NCBI GenBank assembly: GCA_965223545.1
Contig: OZ245006.1
Location: 4,064,001 to 4,128,000 of the forward strand
Direction of reading: 5' to 3'
Source of the DNA: Planctomycetota bacterium
GTDB taxonomy: Bacteria; Planctomycetota; UBA1135; UBA2386
Length of the DNA stretch: 64,000 bases
In this document: one piece after another, positions 10,848 to 20,981 of the stretch
Numbering within the stretch: position 1 is the stretch's first letter
Layout of the letters: each line of letters begins with the position of its first letter
The notes under the pieces: generated by a model
Seen by the model: the letters and a program-made list of their open reading frames with translations, nothing else
The model's database searches: none
What the model was told of the DNA's origin: nothing
Program-made: the position numbers and the translations under genes

Positions 10848-12263
10848 TCAGCCGCCGTTCTTGTTCTGCTCGGGCTGGCCCTCGGAGGGCGCACCCTCGC
10901 CGCCACCCGTCTCCTCGCTCTTCGGCGCGCCCTGGTCGTCGTCCTCACCACCTTCTTCGACCCCGCCTTCCTCGACGGGGGCCGGCGGGGTGTCGCCGAT
11001 GATCTCGACTGCATCGACGCGGATCGTGCTCAACAGCTCGCCACGACCGGCGTTCTGCGCACTCTCGTCGATGAAGCTGGCCTCGCGACAGATGCGCTCG
11101 ACGGCGTCCATACCCTCGACCACGCGGCCGAAGATCACCCGATCCCCGTCGTGGCGGCCGGCGCAGTCGTTGGCGTTGATCCAGATGCGCTCACCCGACG
11201 ACTTGCCGTTGGGGTCCTTGGCCGCGGCGACCATGCCGGGGAAGTGGCTCAGCTCGTTGTCCTCGAACTCGAGCTGCACGCCGCTGTCCTTGGTGCGCTC
11301 GGCTTGCCAGGACGAGCGGTCGTCGCTCTTGGTCGCGGGCAGGCCGATGTGCATCGCCTCGACCCAACCGCCGAAGGCGTTGTTGCCCTTGCGCTCCACC
11401 ATGTCGATTGCGAGCCCGTCGTAGAAGCCGTCCCGGCAGCGCTGCAGGAACGACGCCACGTGTTCGGGCGCGGCGTCCTTGTAGAAGCGGATCTTGATCT
11501 TCTCGTCCGAGTTGAGCGACAGCACGACGGTGGGCTCGGCGTCGGGCTGAGGAGCTTCGAACAGCTGCGGGTTGGTGGACTCGAAGCCCTGCTGGGCGGC
11601 GATCTGGTTGCGCAGCCGCGACACCAGGCTGCCCGCCTCGGCCGGCTCCAGTTCGGGGGGTTCGCTGGAGCGCTGCGCGGGCTCTTCCTCTTCGGGCTCG
11701 TCCGTTTCGACCGCCGGCCGGTACTGGGGCGGGAACTCCGAGCTCGCACACAGGAAGTGGTTGGGGAACCGGCTCTCCAAGTCGGAGAGGTGCGCGAGTG
11801 CCGTGTCCCAGGCGCGGTCCCGCACGGCCCGCGCCGCCCGCAGCCACAGCACCAGCGGTTCGGCATCCGTCCCGGCAACGTCCTGCTGGAGCTGCGAGAG
11901 CTGTTCCGCACCGACCGTCTCCACATCGTCGCCGAGCCGACTCACCAACTCCGCCTGGGTGTTGGAGAGGTACATCCCCATCATGTTGAACGTCTGGAAC
12001 TGCTGCTGGGTCTGCATGCCCAGCAGGTGGTGCATGTCGCCGTTCGTGCTGTACCCCTGATCGAGGGCCGTGCCCTGCGCGACCTTGCCCCAGAGCTGGT
12101 TCTGCTTCTGTCGCTCCAAATACTCTAGACCGTATACACCGACGAAGGCGACGACCACCAGGCCGAGGACGACCAGGACGGCGCGCCGGTTCTTCTCCCA
12201 GAACAGCTCGATCGGGTTGGGAGTGTCGATTTGCCCTGAGACGGGCGGCTGCGTGGAGGACAT
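10848..12263 (-). CDS. Membrane-anchored protein with helical region and divergent cyclophilin-type PPIase domain
   Basis: N-terminal TM; AAPEHVASF, GFYDG, PGMVAAAK and VIFGRVVEGMDAVERI match the cyclophilin scaffold; acidic tail. Confidence 0.82.
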   Translation of the reverse strand: MSSTQPPVSGQIDTPNPIELFWEKNRRAVLVVLGLVVVAFVGVYGLEYLERQKQNQLWGKVAQGTALDQGYSTNGDMHHLLGMQTQQQFQTFNMMGMYLSNTQAELVSRLGDDVETVGAEQLSQLQQDVAGTDAEPLVLWLRAARAVRDRAWDTALAHLSDLESRFPNHFLCASSEFPPQYRPAVETDEPEEEEPAQRSSEPPELEPAEAGSLVSRLRNQIAAQQGFESTNPQLFEAPQPDAEPTVVLSLNSDEKIKIRFYKDAAPEHVASFLQRCRDGFYDGLAIDMVERKGNNAFGGWVEAMHIGLPATKSDDRSSWQAERTKDSGVQLEFEDNELSHFPGMVAAAKDPNGKSSGERIWINANDCAGRHDGDRVIFGRVVEGMDAVERICREASFIDESAQNAGRGELLSTIRVDAVEIIGDTPPAPVEEGGVEEGGEDDDQGAPKSEETGGGEGAPSEGQPEQNKNGG

Positions 12264-12267
12264 TGGC

Positions 12268-12699
12268 TTACTCGGGATCCCGCTGCGTGCGGATCTTGAT
12301 TCTCATGACGGAGCTGGCGTCCGGTTGCTTCGACAAAGCGCATTCCGCGACGTAGAGTCCCCGGCGAAAGCGCAAGAGCTGGCGGCCGTCGTGGTCGGTG
12401 TCGTTGGCCTCGAGCTCCCAGCGCTCCTGCGGCATGCGCTCGAGCATGTAGGCGCGGACGTCCGCCAGCGGCATCGAGCCGGAGTAGACGTAGTTCGCGT
12501 AGCGATAGTTGCCGATCTCCCGCGCGTCGCTTTCGTGCAGTCGATCGCGCAGTCGCATGCCGCGCGGGATGGGGATATCGAGAAACTGGTGGGCAGAGAC
12601 GCCATCGGCAGCCAGCGCGGGCGGGCGTTGGCAGCCGACCAGCGCCAGTGCCAGCGCGGCGGCGAACACCGGCACTGGGCGGACGCGGACTGTTCGCAT
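12268..12699 (-). CDS. Hypothetical lipoprotein
   Basis: Signal peptide with lipobox LVGC; FLDIPIPRGM motif. Confidence 0.7.
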   Translation of the reverse strand: MRTVRVRPVPVFAAALALALVGCQRPPALAADGVSAHQFLDIPIPRGMRLRDRLHESDAREIGNYRYANYVYSGSMPLADVRAYMLERMPQERWELEANDTDHDGRQLLRFRRGLYVAECALSKQPDASSVMRIKIRTQRDPE

Positions 12700-12926
12700 C
12701 GGTGAAACCGTAGGGTGCGCGGACAAAAGGGGGAGCAGTTTAGCCCCGCCGCCAGAGGCCCGCAACGCAAGGTTTTCGGCCGTTGCAGCGCCTCTGGGCC
12801 GTCGCTGGCCCTGCGTCGCAGGGCGCAAATCCGCGCGAATGCCGCCGCCGCCGGACGTAGTCTTCAGCAGCGGTCCGGTGGCCGATCGGCCACTGGCCTG
12901 TCTTGGGCGCGCTTCGAGCAGCGACG

Positions 12927-14066
12927 ATGACGGTTACGGTGAGCACGATGTGTCTGGCGTTGGGGTTGGCCGCGGGGCCGGCCTGTCAGCACCAACAAGA
13001 GCCGCCGGAGTCGCCCGAGTGGGTGCGGCAGGCCGCGCTGGTCGAGGTCGGCGGCGTCTGGGTCGAGCCCGACGCGGTGGCCGAGGCGCAGAAGGGCGTA
13101 TTCCGACACCGTGGCGCACGCGTCAGCCGCGGTGACAAGATCGCCTTGCTCGAGGGGCGGGTGCCCCACCCGGTGACCGGTGAGTTCATCCCCAAAGCCG
13201 ACATCGACCGTGCCGAGCGCGGGATGTTCCCGCTGCCCGGTGGACGCTGGGGATCGGTGGCCGAGGCGGACGTCGCACACGCCGACCCGGACACGCCGTG
13301 GGTGCTCCGGCACGGGAGCGTGCAGGTCATGACGACGTTGCCCATGGCCGATCACGCGCAGGTGACCCCGTGGATCGACGAGGCCGTCGCCGCCGTGCTG
13401 CCCCTGTTCGGTGGGGTGGCCCCGTCTCCCGCCGTCCGCCCGACCGTCGTCGTCTGTCCGACCACTGCCGAGTATCGCGCGGTGGGGACGCAGATCGGCG
13501 CCGAGAGCTCGGTCTACGGGGCGTTCGTCGGCAGCCACGCCCTCGCCGAGATGATGTTCGCCGGCGTCGAGCTGACGGCGGCCCCGGCGGTTGCCAACTT
13601 CGGCGAGGCCGGTTGGGGCGTCTACTACCTCCGCCACGCCACCGGCCTCGCGGTCGCGCAGGCCCTGGCCAAGGAGCGCAAGGTCCGGTTACCGGCCTGG
13701 TGGTTGACCGGCGTCGGCGCTTACGCCGAGCGGATGGTGGTGCCGTCGCAGGCCGCGTTCTTCGCCGAGCAGTTTGCCGCGAAGGGGGGCGTGGCGCCGC
13801 TCGGGGACTGGTTCGCCGACTTCCAGATCACCGTCGACATGACCGGGCCGCAGCTCGAGCACCTGATCTTCCAAGCCGGGCTGGTGGTCGCCTTTGCCGC
13901 GCGCTCGCACGACCCCGAGGTCGGGACCGCGATGGCGGCGTTGGGCCGGGCGTTCGCGCGCGTTCCGACCGAGGTCGAGCGGTGCCTGCAGCGGCTCGAG
14001 TCGGTGTTGATGACGAAAGACTCCGAGATCGGGGTTTTCCTCGACACGGTGCGCCGTCAGGGCTGA
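12927..14066 (+). CDS. Hypothetical exported protein/lipoprotein with degenerate gluzincin-like motif
   Basis: Signal-like N-terminus ending GPAC; YLRHATG...PAWWLTGVGAY resembles HExxH...PxWxxEGxA with the ligands lost. Confidence 0.7.
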   Translation: MTVTVSTMCLALGLAAGPACQHQQEPPESPEWVRQAALVEVGGVWVEPDAVAEAQKGVFRHRGARVSRGDKIALLEGRVPHPVTGEFIPKADIDRAERGMFPLPGGRWGSVAEADVAHADPDTPWVLRHGSVQVMTTLPMADHAQVTPWIDEAVAAVLPLFGGVAPSPAVRPTVVVCPTTAEYRAVGTQIGAESSVYGAFVGSHALAEMMFAGVELTAAPAVANFGEAGWGVYYLRHATGLAVAQALAKERKVRLPAWWLTGVGAYAERMVVPSQAAFFAEQFAAKGGVAPLGDWFADFQITVDMTGPQLEHLIFQAGLVVAFAARSHDPEVGTAMAALGRAFARVPTEVERCLQRLESVLMTKDSEIGVFLDTVRRQG

Positions 14067-14196
14067 ACTCGCCGGATCCCGAGCGAGTGCGCGCCGACAG
14101 ACGGGCGCCTCCACGGGCCACCTGATGGAGCGGCCGCCCCCGAGGACTTCGCCCGGGGGCACGCGAGAACCGACTCCATCCCAACCAGAGGAATAC

Positions 14197-16083
14197 ATGC
14201 TCGACCGATTTGTCAGGCCGGCGACCGTGGCTGCCGCCACCCTGCTGTGCGTCCCGTCGTTTGCCCAGACCGGAATCCTGCGCGACGCGCTGCCCGCCAG
14301 CACCGTGTTCTACTTCTCGGCTCCCGATCTGGCGCAATCCGCCGACGAGATGGGCGAGATGCCTCTGATGCGGATCTGGCGCGAAGAGGAGGTGCAGGAC
14401 TTTCTCGCCGACGCGCGCGCCATGCTGGCCGCCAAGTGGGAGGAAGGCATGGCGCAGGCGCGCCAAGCGCACGAGGCCGGCCAGCTGCCCTTCAGCCCGG
14501 ACGACCTGATGAAGCTGCGGGTGTTCGGTTTGGACGTGGCGCTGACCCAGCTCGATCTGGCCCAGGGCGATCACGGACCCGTGCCGCAGGTCGGCATCGT
14601 CGCGCACCTGGACTTCGGTGACACCGCGCCGATTTGGCGCAACATGCTGGAGTTCGCGCTCGCGATGCTCGAGGGGCAGGCGCAGGGCGACCTCGTGCGG
14701 GAGACCTTCAGCGTGGGGGACGTCGAGGTGACGTCGCTCGTGCCGCCAGAGACCGGCATGTCCCTCAACGTCGCCTTCCACGGCAACGGCATGCTGTTCG
14801 GCACCGTGCGCGACGACGTGCAGGCGGTGCTTGGCCGGATGGCGAGCGGAGACGCGGCACTCAGCAAGAGCAGCGCGTTCGCGGCCACGTTTGCCAACCT
14901 CGACCGCAGCGGCATGGAGGCGGAGTCCTTCGTGCAGCCCAAGCGGATCATCGACTTCGTGATGAAGGCCCTGGCGGTTGCCGGCCAGATGGAGCCGGAT
15001 CTCCCGGTCGACCCCGAGGGCGTGGGACGCGCGATCGCGGCGCTGGGCTTGAACGGCCTCGGCCCGGTCGGTTCGACCATGACGTTTCACCCCAACGAGA
15101 TGACGCAGGGCAGCAAGAACGTGTCGCGCTCGTTCGTCTCGTCGCCGGCCGATCAGCGCACCGGTGTGCTGGCGGCGACGGGCGATCCACTCGACATGAG
15201 CTTCCTGCGCTGGGTGCCGAAGGACGTCGGCTCATTCTCCGCCAGCAGCTTCAAGGTGGCGAGCCTCTACGACACGTTCGTCGGGGCGCTGAAGGCCTAC
15301 GACGCGGACCTCGCCCAGCACCTGCTGGGCCAGCTCGCGCAGCACGAGGAGCAGCTGGGCGTGTCGTTGCGTGACGACCTGTTCGGCTCGCTCGGCGAGA
15401 AGATGGTGAGCTGGTCGATGCCGGTGTCGGCGATGATGTCGACGCCGGAGACGGCGATCCTGATGGAGGTGCACGACCAGGACAAGCTGGTGCGTGCGCT
15501 GCGCGCGATGACCGGCTTGTTCGGCGGTACGGTCAGCATCGAAGAAAACGAGCGCCGTGGCCTGAACGTCTACTCGGTGATGATCGACTTCGACACCGGT
15601 GGGATGGGCTTCAACCCGCTGGCGAGCTTCTCGCCCAGCTTCACCTTCCACAACGGGTTCTTGGTCGCGGGCTTCTCGACGACCGACTTGAAGCGGGCGA
15701 TCAAGCGCATGGATCGCGAAGACGACCCCGAGGGCGACATCCGCTCCAACTCCGGCTTCGCCCCCTACCTGTCGCAGCTGCCGGAGAACGCCGCCTCGGT
15801 GAGCTACTCCGACTGGGGTGCCCAGTTCGAAGGCGTCTACCAGATGCTGGTGGGAGTCGCCGCGATGCTGCCGATCGACGAGGACATCCCGATCGATCTG
15901 TCGCTGCTGCCCGACGTCTCCACGCTCACCCAGCACCTGTTCCCGGGCGTGAGCTGGAGCCAGGTCACGGACGAAGGCATGTCGAGCACCTCCGTCGGAC
16001 CTTGGGGTCCCGAGGTGGCGGGCTTGGTGGCCGCCGCCGTCGGCGCCGGCGTCGGCGTCGCCGCGCGTTTCGAAGGCCGCTGA
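14197..16083 (+). CDS. Exported protein, DUF3352-like
   Basis: AGAGGA RBS and signal peptide; LPASTVFYFS and LGVSLRDDLFGSLG segments typical of the family; C-terminal hydrophobic segment. Confidence 0.65.
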   Translation: MLDRFVRPATVAAATLLCVPSFAQTGILRDALPASTVFYFSAPDLAQSADEMGEMPLMRIWREEEVQDFLADARAMLAAKWEEGMAQARQAHEAGQLPFSPDDLMKLRVFGLDVALTQLDLAQGDHGPVPQVGIVAHLDFGDTAPIWRNMLEFALAMLEGQAQGDLVRETFSVGDVEVTSLVPPETGMSLNVAFHGNGMLFGTVRDDVQAVLGRMASGDAALSKSSAFAATFANLDRSGMEAESFVQPKRIIDFVMKALAVAGQMEPDLPVDPEGVGRAIAALGLNGLGPVGSTMTFHPNEMTQGSKNVSRSFVSSPADQRTGVLAATGDPLDMSFLRWVPKDVGSFSASSFKVASLYDTFVGALKAYDADLAQHLLGQLAQHEEQLGVSLRDDLFGSLGEKMVSWSMPVSAMMSTPETAILMEVHDQDKLVRALRAMTGLFGGTVSIEENERRGLNVYSVMIDFDTGGMGFNPLASFSPSFTFHNGFLVAGFSTTDLKRAIKRMDREDDPEGDIRSNSGFAPYLSQLPENAASVSYSDWGAQFEGVYQMLVGVAAMLPIDEDIPIDLSLLPDVSTLTQHLFPGVSWSQVTDEGMSSTSVGPWGPEVAGLVAAAVGAGVGVAARFEGR

Positions 16084-16134
16084 GACCGCGGCAGCGCCTT
16101 TTTCCGGGCGCAAACGCCGGGCGCCGGCGTCACG

Positions 16135-18612
16135 ATGGTTGTCGTGCTGCCGCTGCCCGTTCGCCGCCGCCTGCCCGGGCCACCCCCCGGGCGCCTGTCG
16201 TCGCTCGCCGCCGCCGTGCTCGCCACGGGGGCGGTCGCCGTGGCGCAGACCCTGGAGGTCGACGTGGCGTGGTCGGGACCGCGGGGCGAGCTCGCCCTGC
16301 ACCAGGCCGCGCTCGACGCGAGCACCGACCAGCTGGCCCTGATCGTCGCGTCCCACCCCGACGATCGATACGTGATGCCGGCGGCCTACCTGCGCTTCGC
16401 CCTCGGTTGGCGCGTCGCTGTTCTGCTGGCGACCCGCGGTGAGGGTGGCCAGAACAGCCTCGGCCCGCAGACCGGCGACGAGCTCGGCTGGATCCGCACG
16501 CTCGAGGCCGAGGCCGGGGCGGCGGCCCTGGACTGCGACGTCTACTACCTCAACCGCCAGGACGCTGGCTACTGCCGGACCGCGGGCGAGGCGCTCGACG
16601 TCTGGGGCCGCGACGAGAGCGTGCGCCGCCTGGCGCGGGTGATCCGGCTGACGCGGCCGGACGTGATCGTCACCACCCACCACCCCGAGGAGCCGCACGG
16701 CCACGACCTGGCGCTGCTCGAGCTCGTGCCCCCGGCGATCGCCGCGGCCGCGGCCGACAGCGACGCCGCCGAGCTGCGCGGCCTGGCGCCGTTCACGGTG
16801 CGCAAAGCCCTGCGCGGTGCGACGCCGTCGGAGGTCGCGGCGGCACGCACTGTCCTGCCGATGGAAGAGGTGGATGAAGCGCGCGGCGAGACCTACCGGC
16901 GGCTCGCCTACGCGGCGCTCAAGCGGCACCGCAGCCAAGAGCCCATCCGGCCGATGCGGGATCTGTTCGAGCCGACCGTGCCGCTGGTGCCGTGGGATGG
17001 AGCCGCGAGCTCGCCCGCCGGCGAGCTGATGACCGGTCTGTCGACCGTGTTCGATGCACTGAGAATCAGCGCGCCGGACGAGGCGGCCGGCTTGACTGCC
17101 GCCCTCGATGACCTCGTGCACCGAACCGCGGATCGGCACGCGCTGCTTGCCACTGCCGTCACGCTGCACGCCAGGTTGCGCGCACTGCCCGCCGAGCCGG
17201 GCGGCGACGTCGCTCTGCGCCGCGCGCGCAGGCTGCGCGCGCTCGAACGCGTGATGCTGGCGGCGGCCTCGTTCGACGTGTCCGCCGAGGTGATGAGCGA
17301 TGCTCCCGCGATCGCGGGCAAGAGCTTTCCCCTCTCGCTGCGCGTGCAACACTCCGGCCGCGCGCGCATCGCCGGGTTGACGTTCGAACCGGTGGGCCCC
17401 GGGGTCCTGGAGATCGACCCCGACGCGTTCGCCCTGCTCGCCGAGCCGCCGCGCGGCCCGCTCACCGTGCACGGTGTGCTGCACACGCCGGGGGACGCGA
17501 TCGACCGCCCCCGGTGGCTGCAGCGGATCTTTCGCGCCGAGACGTTCGAACCGCCGGTCCGCCTGCGCTGCCGCGTCGAGCTCGGCTTGGTCGGTGTGGA
17601 GGGTCGCAGAATCGAGATCGAGCACCGGGTCGACGTCGCCACCGACCTGCGCCCGCCCCGCGAGATCACCACCCACCCCGAGGCCCTGTTGTTGCGCCGC
17701 GACGCCGAGGCGCAGAGCTTCTCGGTCCGCGTCGCGCAGTACGACCGCGAGGCCGCGCGTCCCGCCCGGCTGGAGATCCTCGGACCCCCGGGGTTCGAGA
17801 TCGTGGGCTCGCCGGTCGCGGTGCGGATGGATCGGTCCGAGTACCGCGACTACCAGTTCGAGCTGCGCGTCTCGGATCGGCTCGAGCCCGGCGTCTACAA
17901 CCTGCACGTTCGGCTCGGCGACCACCGCCGCGTGTTGCCGGTGCACAAGCTGGACCTGCAGGTGCCCAACCAGCTGTCCGTCGGCTTGATCGCCGGCGTC
18001 GACGACACGGCGCGGCAAGTCCTTGGTGGGCTGGTCGGCCGCGGCCTGCGCGTGCTGACCGAAGACGACCTGCACGAGCTGCGCCGGTTCGACACCATCG
18101 TCATCGACATCCGCGCGCTGCGGGAGCGCGCCGGCGACGGTACCTGGCGCGCGGCCCGCGCGGCGTTTCCAAGGCTCCTGCAGTACGTCCACGACGGCGG
18201 ACGGCTGGTGGTCTTCTACCACAAGGACACCGAGTTCAACGCCGACCAAGCCCGCTTCGTGGGCTGGCCGTACCCGCTGCACATCGGCAAGGGGCGCGTG
18301 ACGCGGGAGGACTCGCCGGTGCGGATCCTGGCGCCCGACCACCGGCTGCTGCGCCATCCCAACGTGATCCAACCCGAGGACTGGGACGGCTGGGTGCAGG
18401 AACGCGGCTTGTACTTTCCCGACGAGTGGGCGCCGGAGTACACGGAGCTCATCGCACTGTCGGATCCCGACCAGCCGGAGATGACCGGCGCACTGCTGCA
18501 CGCGCGCTACGGTGCGGGGGAGTACATCTACTGCGCGCTCTCGCTGTATCGCCAGCTCAACAGCCTGCACCCCGGGGCGTGCCGGATCTTCGCCAACCTG
18601 GTGTCGCCGTGA
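16135..18612 (+). CDS. PIG-L/LmbE-family deacetylase-like multidomain protein
   Basis: SHPDD, ATRGEGGQN and IRLTRPDVIVT; C-terminal WDGWVQERGLYF...LSLYRQL domain typical of long LmbE proteins. Confidence 0.88.
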   Translation: MVVVLPLPVRRRLPGPPPGRLSSLAAAVLATGAVAVAQTLEVDVAWSGPRGELALHQAALDASTDQLALIVASHPDDRYVMPAAYLRFALGWRVAVLLATRGEGGQNSLGPQTGDELGWIRTLEAEAGAAALDCDVYYLNRQDAGYCRTAGEALDVWGRDESVRRLARVIRLTRPDVIVTTHHPEEPHGHDLALLELVPPAIAAAAADSDAAELRGLAPFTVRKALRGATPSEVAAARTVLPMEEVDEARGETYRRLAYAALKRHRSQEPIRPMRDLFEPTVPLVPWDGAASSPAGELMTGLSTVFDALRISAPDEAAGLTAALDDLVHRTADRHALLATAVTLHARLRALPAEPGGDVALRRARRLRALERVMLAAASFDVSAEVMSDAPAIAGKSFPLSLRVQHSGRARIAGLTFEPVGPGVLEIDPDAFALLAEPPRGPLTVHGVLHTPGDAIDRPRWLQRIFRAETFEPPVRLRCRVELGLVGVEGRRIEIEHRVDVATDLRPPREITTHPEALLLRRDAEAQSFSVRVAQYDREAARPARLEILGPPGFEIVGSPVAVRMDRSEYRDYQFELRVSDRLEPGVYNLHVRLGDHRRVLPVHKLDLQVPNQLSVGLIAGVDDTARQVLGGLVGRGLRVLTEDDLHELRRFDTIVIDIRALRERAGDGTWRAARAAFPRLLQYVHDGGRLVVFYHKDTEFNADQARFVGWPYPLHIGKGRVTREDSPVRILAPDHRLLRHPNVIQPEDWDGWVQERGLYFPDEWAPEYTELIALSDPDQPEMTGALLHARYGAGEYIYCALSLYRQLNSLHPGACRIFANLVSP

Positions 18613-18615
18613 CCG

Positions 18616-19062
18616 TCAGGTGAGCCGGCGCGCCTGCCCCGGGCGCCAGCCGTACCACACCGCGGCGGCGCCGAGCGCATTGGCGAGCAGCAGGGCCAGC
18701 AGGCCCCAGGGGACGAAGGCGCCTCTCAGCTGTAGCGCCAGGGCCCAGCTGACACAGAGCAGCGCGACCCCGACGAGGGTGGCGACGCGGCGGGGCGCCA
18801 GGCGGGCTTGGGCCGGGTCGACCAGGCCGCGCATCTGTCGGTGGGTGGGGACCAGGTCGAGGCGGTCGCGCAAGACGGTGACTTCGTCGACGAGCTCCTC
18901 GGTGCGGGCGGCGGTCGACTCGGTTTTCAGCCGGACCGCGTAGATCTCGTCGCGGATCTCGGACAACAGCTGCAGCGCCAACCCATCGGTGTCGGCTGGG
19001 CCGGCGTTGGACTCTGCCGGCTCGCTCGGGGCCGGGTTGTCTTCGTGCTCCGCGCTACGCAT
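18616..19062 (-). CDS. Hypothetical membrane protein (short coiled coil plus two TM helices)
   Basis: ATG at 19062; helical segment followed by two hydrophobic segments. Confidence 0.6.
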   Translation of the reverse strand: MRSAEHEDNPAPSEPAESNAGPADTDGLALQLLSEIRDEIYAVRLKTESTAARTEELVDEVTVLRDRLDLVPTHRQMRGLVDPAQARLAPRRVATLVGVALLCVSWALALQLRGAFVPWGLLALLLANALGAAAVWYGWRPGQARRLT

Positions 19063-19175
19063 CGGGGATTCGAGAATGGCTCTCCTGATCGTTTCGGCAC
19101 AAACCCGTCCCGATCTCGACCGGCGGCGCCCGCCATGGCAACGGCGAGCGCGCGCAGCGGGCGGCTGGGCGCTCT

Positions 19176-19688
19176 TCAGCGCAACACCATTTCCGCCCAC
19201 TTTTGCCACAGCGAGGGATGCGCCTGACGGACATGACGGTCGACCTCCCGCACGCGTCGCAGCGCTTCGGCGGTGGAGACCACCTCGGCGCCCACCGGGA
19301 TCTCCACCCACACCGTGCCAAAGGTCAGGTCCTTGCCCAACAGTGCCTGCAGCTGCTCGTCGCCCTCGGCGCGCACGAAGTCGTCGAGCAGACCCTGGTC
19401 GATGATGGTCTCACCGGGTGGCAGCGGGCTGCGATGCGCGTGGATGCCGAGCAACCATCCCGCGTCGACCTCGAAGTGCTCGGCGATCGCGGCGACCTCG
19501 AGCGCCGACGGGGTCGCGTGCGAGCTGGCGTCCTCCCAGCGCGAAACGGTCGCTTGGCTGGTGCCGGCGATCGCGCCGAGCGCGCCTTGGGAAAGTTGGT
19601 GCTCTCGGCGCAACTCGGCCAGCCGCCGCGCCACCAGCGCGGCGCGGTCCGTCCGATGCGACGGTGAGTTGGGCGACTCGTTGGTCAT
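19176..19688 (-). CDS. XRE-family helix-turn-helix regulator
   Basis: RLAELRREHQLSQGALGAIAGTSQATVSRWE...IAEHFEVDAGWLLG. Confidence 0.88.
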   Translation of the reverse strand: MTNESPNSPSHRTDRAALVARRLAELRREHQLSQGALGAIAGTSQATVSRWEDASSHATPSALEVAAIAEHFEVDAGWLLGIHAHRSPLPPGETIIDQGLLDDFVRAEGDEQLQALLGKDLTFGTVWVEIPVGAEVVSTAEALRRVREVDRHVRQAHPSLWQKWAEMVLR

Positions 19689-19784
19689 CGTGGGCGCTGC
19701 GGACCCTTCATCATCGACGCCCAAGAGGGGGCGGCCATCGAGAAATAGTTGGAAAAACCACGGAGTGACCGCTTGACCCATCTC

Positions 19785-19810
19785 TGAATTATGCAAAGAT
19801 GCATAACTCA
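19785..19810. promoter_or_regulatory. AT-rich palindrome, candidate operator
   Basis: TGAATTATGCA-AAGA-TGCATAACTCA (10 of 11 arm positions pair) in the divergent intergenic region. Confidence 0.6.
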
Positions 19811-19958
19811 CCCGGGGAAACGTGGGTGGAGGAGAGTTCGCATGGAGCTGAAGAAGGAAGCAGAAGCACGGGCCGCTGCGGCCCACTAGGGTGATCCGGC
19901 CGCCGCGCCGAAGAGGCGACGGACGCGGCGGCCGGACGCCCGTTTTCTGTATCCGATC

Positions 19959-20981
19959 GTGTGTGAGCCGTCCTGTCATCTCCCGCGTCGGATCTCGCGG
20001 CGCGCGCGCCGTCTGCGGGGCCTCCTGCGGGTGGGGGTCGCGGTGGCGGCCGTGGCCGGCGCGGCCGCCCCGCAGGTCGCCGCGCAGGTGCGGGTGCACC
20101 CGGCGACGCCAGCGGTCGGCGAGACCGCGGTGGCGGCGGTCGAGCGGCACGTGCAGAACGCCATGCCCCGCCTGCAGCGCCGGTTCTCGGCCGTCGGGCC
20201 GTCGGCGGTGGAGATCGTCGTGCATCGCGATGCGCGGTCGCTCCCCGCGGAGGCGCGCACCGACCGGCGCGGCGAGACCGCCGGCGTCGCGCTGCTCGGC
20301 CGCAATCGGATCCACTTGATCCTCGACGCGGTCCGGCTGCGGCCACCGCACGACCTGGCGACGGTGGTGGAGCACGAGCTGGCGCACGTCATGCTCGACC
20401 ACCACGCGGCGGCCGCCGGGCCGTTCGTGCCGCGCTGGTGGCACGAGGGGATCGCGCAGTGGCTGTCGGGTGCCGCCTACCTCGGGCTCTCCGAGCAGCA
20501 GATCGCCTTTCGCTCGATCGCCGGCGGTCTGCTGCGGTTCTCCGATTTGGAGCGGCGCTTCCCACGGGGCGGCTCGGCGCTGCAGGTGGCGTATGCGCAG
20601 AGTCTGTCGTTCGTCGGCTACCTCGCCCGTCGCTACGGGTTCGATGCCCTGCTGCGCGTTACGCGTGCTTGCGGGCGGGACGCCGACATCCACGCCGCGT
20701 TCGGCGAAGTGGTCGGCGACCGGCTGCTCTTCGCCGAGCGCGATTGGCGCGAGTACTTGCGTACCGGATCGGGTGCCGGATTTCGGTGGTTGCTGGAGAG
20801 CTGCTTCTCCCTGATGCTCGTCGCCGCGCTGCCGCTCTTGGTTCTGGCTGCGCGGCGGCGGTGGCGCCGCGACGCCCGAGCGGCTCGCCGATTGGCAACG
20901 GATCCCGAGCCCGACGCCGAGGTCCTGCCATCCCGCCCCGAGTCCGACACCGGTCCCATGGGTCCGCCCGCCGCGCCTTGA
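19959..20981 (+). CDS. Peptidase MA-like (gluzincin) zinc metalloprotease with C-terminal TM
   Basis: HELAH, PRWWHEGIAQWL and AYAQSLSFV; signal peptide; TM near the C-terminus; start uncertain. Confidence 0.85.
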   Translation: MCEPSCHLPRRISRRARRLRGLLRVGVAVAAVAGAAAPQVAAQVRVHPATPAVGETAVAAVERHVQNAMPRLQRRFSAVGPSAVEIVVHRDARSLPAEARTDRRGETAGVALLGRNRIHLILDAVRLRPPHDLATVVEHELAHVMLDHHAAAAGPFVPRWWHEGIAQWLSGAAYLGLSEQQIAFRSIAGGLLRFSDLERRFPRGGSALQVAYAQSLSFVGYLARRYGFDALLRVTRACGRDADIHAAFGEVVGDRLLFAERDWREYLRTGSGAGFRWLLESCFSLMLVAALPLLVLAARRRWRRDARAARRLATDPEPDAEVLPSRPESDTGPMGPPAAP

